A stretch of DNA of 60,348 bases, taken from positions 1 to 60,348 of IMG/VR virus record IMGVR_UViG_3300037755_000377. One strand, given 5' to 3'. A program made the translations under genes and the position numbers. The notes under the pieces were generated by a model. That model was not told where the DNA came from and ran no database searches. It saw only the letters and a list, made by a program, of their open reading frames with translations. The stretch's first letter is position 1; each line of letters opens with the position of its first letter. Shown piece after piece: positions 53,907-60,348 of the stretch. This DNA is from a virus (Duplodnaviria; Caudoviricetes).

Positions 53907-53947
53907 TGCGTCCGGCCGGCAAGCGGCCGAAGTGAAGGAGCGGACTG

Positions 53948-54109
53948 ATGGATGAAAACGAGCTTAGGCAACATCTCTCTTGGCTGCGGACCTATGTCGA
54001 GGAAATGACGCCGGACAACTGGCGCGACATGAAGCTCCGCGCTGAGCGCCAGTTGGGTAAGATCGATGCTTTGGCTCGACATAGGTCCGTCGCGGTGGAA
54101 GGTAACTGA
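53948..54109 (+). CDS. small hypothetical cassette protein (53 aa)
   Basis: Manual ORF MDENELRQHLSWLRTYVEEM..., RBS from the repeat. Confidence 0.55.
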   Translation: MDENELRQHLSWLRTYVEEMTPDNWRDMKLRAERQLGKIDALARHRSVAVEGN

Positions 54110-54127
54110 GAAGCCGATGCCCCTCCG

Positions 54128-54601
54128 TCAGTTCGGTAGCTCTGACTGCCCAGGTAACAACGGCAGCATTTTGCCAGACTCGTAGGCCGCTGCGATCCGT
54201 GGCCTGATGTGCGTTGCGACCGTCTGCCCGTCCGGCATCACGATATGAGCCATAAACTCATCCTCGAACGTCGTGATTCCACTTTCGACGGCCTCAAGTT
54301 TGGCCTTGATGACCAAGGCGAGCGCGCGCCACCGTTGGCGACACGCTTGTTCCCATACCTCATATCGCTTCTGCGCCGTCCTGATCTTGCCGTTGCCGTC
54401 TTTCTCAAACTTCCTATCACCCGCCAACGGCAGAGGAACCTCGAACATGATACGGCGCTTCTTCGCCTCGAACAGGATAACAGCGCGGCCGGGTGCGTTC
54501 ATGAATGCCGTGGACGTGGCACCATATTTGATGATCAGTTTTTCGATCTCGGTGCGCGACTTCTCGACCGAGACGATGGTGTCCTTTGCGTAGATGCTCA
54601 T
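54128..54601 (-). CDS. conserved phage hypothetical protein
   Basis: KSRTEIEKLI..YGA, RQRWRAL.LVIKAKLEAVESGITTFEDEFMAH. Confidence 0.75.
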   Translation of the reverse strand: MSIYAKDTIVSVEKSRTEIEKLIIKYGATSTAFMNAPGRAVILFEAKKRRIMFEVPLPLAGDRKFEKDGNGKIRTAQKRYEVWEQACRQRWRALALVIKAKLEAVESGITTFEDEFMAHIVMPDGQTVATHIRPRIAAAYESGKMLPLLPGQSELPN

Positions 54602-54689
54602 TGTCCTTCCCCTATCCCATCGAACAGCGGTCCGTGCGAAAGCCTTTTTACTGCCGCCGCCCTCATGTATTGGAGCGCAGCGCGGGAGG

Positions 54690-55214
54690 TCATGGCGTCA
54701 CCTCGATCGCATGCGTGATGTGCCACTTTCCGTCGGCGCGCCGGTAACATTCAGTGATTGTTGGAACGATCACGTCAGTCCAACTTTTCAGCGAGCACCA
54801 TCCGCTGCCGTTGTTTATTGCGTTGATGTCGAAAACGCCGTAGGAAGATCGTCCGCCCTGACCTCCAACCCAATGGGTATATCGGTAGCGTGCTCGCATC
54901 GGCACGCCGGGTTTCATCCACGGACCCTCCCATTGGATGCGTGCGAGGCCGTAGCGGGGCCAACCAATAAAATCGTCCGGCGCCAGAGCGTAGCCGAGTG
55001 CCGTGGAGCGATATTTCGCGCCGATGCCTTTCAGCGCATCAAACATCATTGTCGGATTGACGTAGCGCTTTGCGTCAAACCCGGTCAGGTGCGGCCGCAC
55101 TTCGTCCAGCGTCATTTCCATGATGGCAGCGAGTGCGGCTGGACCACAGTTGCAGCCCCACTCGAAATAAGCGTTCTCCGCGTCTTCGGCTGTGAATTTT
55201 GGTAGGACACGCAT
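54690..55214 (-). CDS. putative papain-fold (C39-like) cysteine peptidase/amidase
   Basis: NCGPAALAAIM, THWVG, VFD consistent with a Cys-His-Asp triad. Confidence 0.5.
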   Translation of the reverse strand: MRVLPKFTAEDAENAYFEWGCNCGPAALAAIMEMTLDEVRPHLTGFDAKRYVNPTMMFDALKGIGAKYRSTALGYALAPDDFIGWPRYGLARIQWEGPWMKPGVPMRARYRYTHWVGGQGGRSSYGVFDINAINNGSGWCSLKSWTDVIVPTITECYRRADGKWHITHAIEVTP

Positions 55215-55273
55215 TTACCAACCTCCGTGAACGAGCGCAGCGCGGGCGATGAATTCGGAATAGGCGGGAGGAA

Positions 55274-55498
55274 TCACCTGCGCGATTTCCCATTTGTCGG
55301 CCACGTGGTTGCGTCATGCGGAGCTAGGCTGTCGGCGTAGAATTTTAGTGCAGTCTTAATCAGATCGATATCGTGCGCCTCCATCCATCCAGGCAGAGAC
55401 ACAATTAGCAACTTGCCTGAAATGTTTGATGTTGGCATTTCATAGAAACGGGCAATTAGCTTGTGACACCGCTCAGCAATTCCCTTGGCGTTGGTCAT
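55274..55498 (-). CDS. hypothetical protein
   Basis: Operon packing. Confidence 0.45.
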   Translation of the reverse strand: MTNAKGIAERCHKLIARFYEMPTSNISGKLLIVSLPGWMEAHDIDLIKTALKFYADSLAPHDATTWPTNGKSRR

Positions 55499-55564
55499 AG
55501 CCTTACATCCCCTTGCCCGCGCCATTCGCGGCGCTACAAGTTTGTTTGATGGTGGGGAGGTTGG

Positions 55565-55783
55565 TCATGAAATCTGCCCCGACGCATAGTCCGCCCAAAC
55601 GTTGTACGCCGCGCGGATCAAATCCTTGTCGGACATGCCCGGCAAATCTCGGGCAACGTCTTTATCACACTCTTCAAAACTTGGTGTGTCGGCAATGAGG
55701 AATCGGCGCTCAGCTTCGGACAAAACGCGGCGGCCCTCGATTACCTCGACAATCATGTCATCGGTAAAGTGATCGATCTTCAT
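55565..55783 (-). CDS. hypothetical protein
   Basis: RBS AGGAGGA. Confidence 0.65.
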   Translation of the reverse strand: MKIDHFTDDMIVEVIEGRRVLSEAERRFLIADTPSFEECDKDVARDLPGMSDKDLIRAAYNVWADYASGQIS

Positions 55784-55944
55784 CTTCTTATCCTCCTACT
55801 GGGAATTTGGGGAGTCTGCGCATTTACCAGCCCCGTGAACGAGGACGGAACGTGCGGGACAGGGCAGGGCGGTTGCTATGCCGCAAAACGTGCCGCCTCT
55901 GCCGGTCTTTCGATGCCGAATCGGGCTATCTGACTGCTCGGTCG

Positions 55945-56026
55945 TTGACCACGGAAGCGGAAAAATATAAGCAATCTCAACTAGGAGACGTGGCCGAGTG
56001 GCTGAAGGCGGCGGTTTGCTAAACCG
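55945..56026 (+). other. putative attP: promoter plus 5' half of tRNA-Ser(GCU)
   Basis: GGAGACGTGGCCGAGTGGCTGAAGGCGGCGGTTTGCTAAACCG (55984-56026) gives acceptor 5' strand, D-arm and anticodon arm, with no T-arm or 3' strand; TTGACC at 55945 with TATAAG/TAAGCA -10 candidates. Confidence 0.8.
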
Positions 56027-56147
56027 ATATATAGCGTTCCCGGCCTGTTCCATTTTCTCCAATAACCTCATGATCTTAAGCCCTTTTGGCGAGCTCCGCA
56101 CCTGACCAGCTATGCCGCAATTCGTGCCGCCTTGTGCCAGGTGACGT

Positions 56148-56420
56148 TCATGCACGGCCCTGGAGTTCCGGCTGTCCTTCAAAGCGGGCGATCATTTCCC
56201 GGAACAAAGTCACGATGTCTTTGCGGTCGGCACCGTTGGAAATGAAATTGCAGCGGCCATCCGTCGAGCCGAAGGGAAATTGTAGGAGGACAAATCCCAC
56301 CTTCCGATCCGACCCGCGCGCGTCGCCGTTGAACATTTCGTCCAGAAGTGCGGCAACCGCGTTCATTTTCTCGTGGTGTTCGGGGGAAATGGGACCGTCC
56401 CCGAGCCTGTGGCTACTCAT
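56148..56420 (-). CDS. conserved phage hypothetical protein
   Basis: GFVLLQFPFG...CNFISNGADRKD. Confidence 0.7.
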   Translation of the reverse strand: MSSHRLGDGPISPEHHEKMNAVAALLDEMFNGDARGSDRKVGFVLLQFPFGSTDGRCNFISNGADRKDIVTLFREMIARFEGQPELQGRA

Positions 56421-56664
56421 CAGGTGTCTCTCCTACGTCAACCATGATCGGCGGGTGTCCTGTTCCTATTATTCGGACGTGCACGGGCGCACCGGCATTC
56501 AAGGCGGCCAATTCCTTTGGAGTTGGAAACCACGCCGTCACCATCGCCGGCGTTTGCTCACCATTGACGGCGCAATTAATCATCTCATCGCGTAGCGGCA
56601 GGCCGAGATAACCCTGCGATTTTCCGATCACTCTCGTTGTACCTTTGATGCGCCCGATCTGCAT
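56413..56664 (-). CDS. conserved phage hypothetical protein
   Basis: TAWFPTPKELAALNAGAPV...HPPI. Confidence 0.7.
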   Translation of the reverse strand: MQIGRIKGTTRVIGKSQGYLGLPLRDEMINCAVNGEQTPAMVTAWFPTPKELAALNAGAPVHVRIIGTGHPPIMVDVGETPDE

Positions 56665-56725
56665 TTTTCGTCTCGCTACGTCTAGTAGGTTTTGGAACCG
56701 CGTGCATTAACCGGATAGGTATGCG

Positions 56726-57005
56726 CTATTTCAGAGCGCGGAAGGTGGAGGCAATTTGTTCGGAGATTTGCCATTCCAACTCACCAAGCAAGCTTTCTAC
56801 CGTGTCACCGTGCCCAGTGGCATAACTGTACGACATCATCCAGTCGGCAACCCGCTCCCGCTCTTCCGCTCTTCCGCTCTTCCGCTCTTGCGTCGGTTAA
56901 GAGCCTAGTGAGATTTTCACACTCAATACGTAATTTTTTATTTTCATTCCGTAGTTGGAAATTTTCACGAATGGCTCCAGGAAGTTCATCTAGTTGTCTT
57001 TCCAT
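56726..57005 (-). pseudogene. gene frameshifted by a 4x8-bp tandem repeat
   Basis: (AAGAGCGG)4 at 56858-56889; with 2 or 5 units it reads ...ARAEERERVADWMM...LEWQISEQIASTFRALK*. Confidence 0.7.
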
Positions 57006-57432
57006 CTGTCACCTCTGTTTCAGAGCGCGAATGTCTCTCTGCGTCCAGAATTTCTAACGTTGGCCGTCCGGCGTGCAGCCTGCGATTGTTTTCGTGAAAG
57101 ACACCGCTTTCGGTCCAAACGTCCATAATGACGCGACAAGAACTGCACTGGTCACGGTCGCCAAAATCGCGCGCACCATCAAACGGCGTGGCTTCAAGAC
57201 AGTGTGTGCAAACGGCAAATAACTTCATGGTCGCCCCATCGGTCTTTTCTGGTTGCTGTGCCGCTTTTTGATCGACCGGCGGGCACCATCCAAGGGATTT
57301 TGCAAGCGCAAGGCATTCCGCCGCCTTGCAGGCAAAGAAAAGTGCATGAACGTCATCGCCCTTCTCACGGGCGATTAATGCGGCATCGGCGAGCTTGATA
57401 GACAGCTCCCCGATCTTCTGCGCGCCGGTCAT
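56986..57432 (-). CDS. hypothetical protein(s) with CxxC motifs
   Basis: Possibly two fused cassettes (internal MKLFAVC start with GGGG RBS). Confidence 0.5.
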   Translation of the reverse strand: MTGAQKIGELSIKLADAALIAREKGDDVHALFFACKAAECLALAKSLGWCPPVDQKAAQQPEKTDGATMKLFAVCTHCLEATPFDGARDFGDRDQCSSCRVIMDVWTESGVFHENNRRLHAGRPTLEILDAERHSRSETEVTDGKTTR

Positions 57433-57668
57433 TTAGCCACCCTTGGCTTTTCGTCGTTCTCTTGGCAATAGAACGTAACTCTTCCAGTTCCCGTGTCAGA
57501 CACGATGTAGAGGGAACCGCACTGCATGCTGGCGCGGTCCTTGTCGAGCTGTGCAAGAGCAAAAGCCTCGGCGTCAGACAAATACTGAAATGCGGCGAGA
57601 AATTCCCCTTCACGACTCTTCCCGTAAATCCTGGTCACGACCGTACCGTTGCTAATTCTCACGTCCAT
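57429..57668 (-). CDS. hypothetical protein
   Basis: Starts at junction motif ATAGGACGACACAAATG. Confidence 0.6.
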   Translation of the reverse strand: MDVRISNGTVVTRIYGKSREGEFLAAFQYLSDAEAFALAQLDKDRASMQCGSLYIVSDTGTGRVTFYCQENDEKPRVAK

Positions 57669-57694
57669 TTGTGTCGTCCTATTTTTTGTGTTTG

Positions 57695-58033
57695 TCATCG
57701 ACTTACCAATGGGACCACCATAGGCACTCCGCTTTCTGTTTCGGCCAGCAACTTTCCACCTTCGGCGCGCAGGCCCGTGATTTTGCCAAGTTCCGTTGGA
57801 ACAACTATGGTCTGCGATATCTTTTCCCACGGCTTGGTCTTCATCTGGCGGCGATACCACTTCTTTGCGGCCTTCATGTTTTTGCAAATCTCCAAATCAC
57901 AGACCGTTACCTCTGCATCGCCGCGCTGCGGACTCCCCAGGCTAATGATCGCGAGAATCCCGCGACCTTTCGGGTTGTCGCCACAGGTCAAATAGTAGCT
58001 TCGCGTTTCCCTCTCGACGGATGTGACGCGCAT
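57695..58033 (-). CDS. hypothetical protein
   Basis: TGATG coupling. Confidence 0.5.
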   Translation of the reverse strand: MRVTSVERETRSYYLTCGDNPKGRGILAIISLGSPQRGDAEVTVCDLEICKNMKAAKKWYRRQMKTKPWEKISQTIVVPTELGKITGLRAEGGKLLAETESGVPMVVPLVSR

Positions 58034-58305
58034 CAGCGCCGCCTTCCGCGCTCTATTGCCTGCCATTCCAACTCCCCAAGCAAGCTTTCTACCGTGTCAC
58101 CGTGTCCAGTGGCATAGCTACGCTGCATCATCCAGTCGGCAACCCGCTCTTCAGCCGCACCCGCAGCGCGGGCTTCCGCACGGAATTTGGCGAGCTCATC
58201 CCTGTCTCTTTCAAACCGCGTGCGGTTACCCTCCTGTAAATAAAGATAAGACTCCCTCAGCCATACCTCTGCCTCCTTCCGGTCTTCCTCAGTTACGTCA
58301 GCCAT
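58033..58305 (-). CDS. modular small protein
   Basis: TEEDRKEAE head, ARAAGAAEE, ERVADWMM...LEWQ module duplicated at 56769-56857. Confidence 0.65.
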   Translation of the reverse strand: MADVTEEDRKEAEVWLRESYLYLQEGNRTRFERDRDELAKFRAEARAAGAAEERVADWMMQRSYATGHGDTVESLLGELEWQAIERGRRR

Positions 58306-58738
58306 TGTGTGTCGTCCTATTTGTGATTCTCGCGGCGATCCATTCTTTTGATGGCCTGCATTGGGTCTCGCTATGGAACCCTTCGCCGATCACATCAAAG
58401 TGCCATCTCCATCGGCCGACGATCTCGACCATATCGAACATCGGCTCGACGACAATTGGGGTCATGCCGGCAGATACAATGCCATCAATGAGACGGCTGA
58501 ACGCACCCTTGCCTTTCTGAATTGCGGTAATTGCGACAATACGAACATCGGGGTGCCGGACTGAAACGACAACGTTGGCGTGCCAATCGTTCGGGGAAAG
58601 CCATTCGACTCCGCCGGGATATACCGGCTGAAACCCTAGTGCGATTTCATCCTGCTTCATTGATTCAACGGGGCCAATGCGAAGGATTCGCTCCATCGCT
58701 TCGTCAAAGTCTCTGACAGACACTGCGGCTCTTTTCAT
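58298..58738 (-). CDS. hypothetical protein, possible GNAT-like fold
   Basis: IVAITAIQKGKGAFSRLI acetyl-CoA-loop-like motif. Confidence 0.55.
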   Translation of the reverse strand: MKRAAVSVRDFDEAMERILRIGPVESMKQDEIALGFQPVYPGGVEWLSPNDWHANVVVSVRHPDVRIVAITAIQKGKGAFSRLIDGIVSAGMTPIVVEPMFDMVEIVGRWRWHFDVIGEGFHSETQCRPSKEWIAARITNRTTHNG

Positions 58739-58747
58739 TGTATCGTC

Positions 58748-59047
58748 CTATTTCAGCGCGCGGATAGCAGCGGCTATTTCACTGGGCTCAGTAAATCCAC
58801 CCTGCCATTCGTCTTCTTTGTTCGCCTCATCACAGACATTGGCACACCGCTCTTTCATTTCAGCAGCGCCAGCAGAGCGGGCGTCAAGGGCCAAATTTAT
58901 TGTCAAGGCCATCGCCGCCCTCCATCCTGCACCAAAGTGCGTGTAGGCATCGATGGGGTATTCACAGTAAGCGCCGTAATGATTCTTGCGCCACAGTTCG
59001 AAGGCTTGGTCCATTTCTTGTACAGATTCAGCGAGCTTGTCAGCCAT
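58748..59047 (-). CDS. modular small protein
   Basis: ARSAGAAEMKERCA...AAAIRALK* tail. Confidence 0.65.
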   Translation of the reverse strand: MADKLAESVQEMDQAFELWRKNHYGAYCEYPIDAYTHFGAGWRAAMALTINLALDARSAGAAEMKERCANVCDEANKEDEWQGGFTEPSEIAAAIRALK

Positions 59048-59059
59048 TGTGTTTCGTCC

Positions 59060-59335
59060 TTATTTGAGAGCGCGAATCGCGGCAGCGGCGCGCGTCGTGT
59101 TGGCGGAGGCGAATGCGGCTTTCGCACAGCGCTCTTTCATTTCTTCCGCGCCAGCGGCGCGGGCGTCGGCGATGGCGGCCGAAACTGTGTCAACAGTATC
59201 CCCGCATAGCCCTACGCAACCGCGTGACTTGCGCGATTCATCGAAGCAGCTACACGGCACAACATGGCCGATAGGAACGCCTCGCCTGATTGATGCTTCT
59301 GCCGCCTTCCTGTCGTCATCTGTTGGCTCTATCAT
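59060..59335 (-). CDS. modular small protein
   Basis: TDDDRKAAE head, ARAAGAEEMKERCA...AAAIRALK* tail. Confidence 0.65.
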   Translation of the reverse strand: MIEPTDDDRKAAEASIRRGVPIGHVVPCSCFDESRKSRGCVGLCGDTVDTVSAAIADARAAGAEEMKERCAKAAFASANTTRAAAAIRALK

Positions 59336-59541
59336 TCGTCACCTGTTTGCTTTTCGAATCCTCCGCACCAATCGATGTCGTTGGTGAAAGGCCACACACC
59401 TTCGCCCGTAAACTTATGAAGTTTCGGCGGCTGAACGCGACAAGCCCCGGTCGTGTCAATCTGGGCCGATGAAAGCTGCATCGAGGAATCCCACCATCGG
59501 CAATTTTCGCAGCTCATTTCTTTCTCTGTCGGTTCCGTCAT
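59332..59541 (-). CDS. small Cys-rich protein
   Basis: CENCRWW...CRVQPP...WP...WCGGF; ends KQTGDE*. Confidence 0.65.
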   Translation of the reverse strand: MTEPTEKEMSCENCRWWDSSMQLSSAQIDTTGACRVQPPKLHKFTGEGVWPFTNDIDWCGGFEKQTGDE

Positions 59542-59852
59542 TCGTCACCTGTTTGCTTGGGAGGGGCGGGGAGCGGCATGCCGATAATTTTCATCAGGCG
59601 CCCGAGCGGATGATGGTAGCCGCTTGAGAAGCGCCCAAGCCATTGCACAAGCTCTGTACCATTGCATTGTGATAGATGGATGTGATCTACTGATGTCCTT
59701 CTTCGTCGAAAGCGCTTTACCGCAATATCGAGTTCTGATCGCGCAAGAGGGTGATCTTTCAGAATCTTTAAGTGGTCTAATTGGCCGTTCCAACCACTTG
59801 CCGCCTTAGCAAGGGCCTCATCATCTTTCGACGCCAGTGTCAGTTCCATCAT
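59538..59852 (-). CDS. hypothetical protein
   Basis: Ends MPLPAPPKQTGDE*. Confidence 0.55.
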   Translation of the reverse strand: MMELTLASKDDEALAKAASGWNGQLDHLKILKDHPLARSELDIAVKRFRRRRTSVDHIHLSQCNGTELVQWLGRFSSGYHHPLGRLMKIIGMPLPAPPKQTGDE

Positions 59853-60124
59853 GCTCCCCTCTCTGCTTTCGCCTCGCGCCGGTTATTGCAGCGCCTCACC
59901 CAATCGTATTGTTGCCAAGTAAGGTCTTCCGGCCCCGCAGTCCGCAAAATGCGCCCACACCATCCACACGAATCCACCAAAATCATAAAGGGGCGTCGGC
60001 GAGAGGTTGGACCAACGCGCATTCGGCGCCTGCTATGCTTGCACGGGTCGCTAGATATGCCGACCGGCGCACAATACCAACGCGAAAAGGCTATGTCCGG
60101 GTGGCTCATGCTATTTCCTTTCAA
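59849..60124 (-). CDS. hypothetical Cys-containing protein
   Basis: Coupled ORF. Confidence 0.45.
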   Translation of the reverse strand: MKGNSMSHPDIAFSRWYCAPVGISSDPCKHSRRRMRVGPTSRRRPFMILVDSCGWCGRILRTAGPEDLTWQQYDWVRRCNNRREAKAERGA

Positions 60125-60348
60125 CCTGTTCGTTCACGCTGGCCGAACTTGGCCGCGCGCTGCTGTTGGTCATGATTCAAGGGGACATGCTTCCAAGTCC
60201 TTCCCCCCAAAACATGTCCGATTGTTTGTACAGCGACGCTCATACGCCGTGCGATTTCAGTTCTCGGCACACCCTGATAACTCAATAATCTCGCCTCTTG
60301 AACGGACTCTGGTGTCAATTTTGAAAGTGGGTGATCAATACCCTTTGG
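60121..60348 (-). CDS. C-terminal HTH part of the HNH endonuclease begun at 311
   Basis: PKGIDHPLSKLTPESVQEAR...RTEIARRMSVAVQTIGHVLGGRTWKHV, the usual tail of HNH_3 homing endonucleases. Confidence 0.75.
   Translation of the reverse strand, partial: PKGIDHPLSKLTPESVQEARLLSYQGVPRTEIARRMSVAVQTIGHVLGGRTWKHVPLNHDQQQRAAKFGQRERTG

Larger units (their letters stand above)
52924..53940 (+). repeat. cassette-junction repeats
   Basis: CGAACTGGAGAGGCAGAAGCGGAA at 52924 and 53219; GGCAAGCGGCCRAAGTGAAGGAG at 53428, 53691, 53918. Confidence 0.85.

Noticed and set aside
52924-53940. CRISPR array or true integron
   Set aside because: Spacers are 200-300-bp ORFs of unequal length, repeats lack attC structure, and no cas or intI gene is present.
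55984-56026. Functional tRNA-Ser
   Set aside because: Lacks variable arm, T-arm and 3' acceptor strand.
1-60348. Integrated prophage with host flanks
   Set aside because: No housekeeping genes, no attL/attR pair, an intact attP-like site is internal, and the ends join in one gene.

Overview
Near-complete, circularly permuted genome (~60.3 kb) of a temperate podovirus-like phage of an alphaproteobacterial host (GcrA homologue, CtrA-like box, alphaproteobacterial-type tRNA-Ser attP). No host genes are visible, and the two window ends join within one HNH gene with a 1+3n nt gap. Order: integrase/xis and early-left genes (minus), cI/cro switch with 17-bp operators, early-right genes (RusA, GcrA-like, a stand-alone initiator C-terminal domain, RNA ligase, two large structured non-coding regions), late promoter and tRNA-Thr, small morons, TerS, and TerL with an intein. 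Then a Y RNA/Ro60/HTH module, portal-scaffold-capsid, a four-gene glycosylation cassette, short-tail and ejection genes, tail fibre, an inverted operon ending in a truncated CapW/BrxR-like wHTH, lysis genes, and a right arm of repeat-delimited small-gene cassettes containing a 5'-half tRNA-Ser attP. Most unusual: (1) an intein hiding a complete endonuclease VII gene with its own RBS in another reading frame; (2) an apparently autoregulated Yrl-YrlA-Ro60-HTH operon in a phage that also encodes an RNA ligase and a variant tRNA; (3) a Gmd/GT/MTase/MAF cassette inside the head operon; (4) an acr-aca-like inverted operon; (5) a counter-transcript plus ~400-nt folded element where a replication initiator would be expected. 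All protein calls come from motif recognition by eye, with no database searches.
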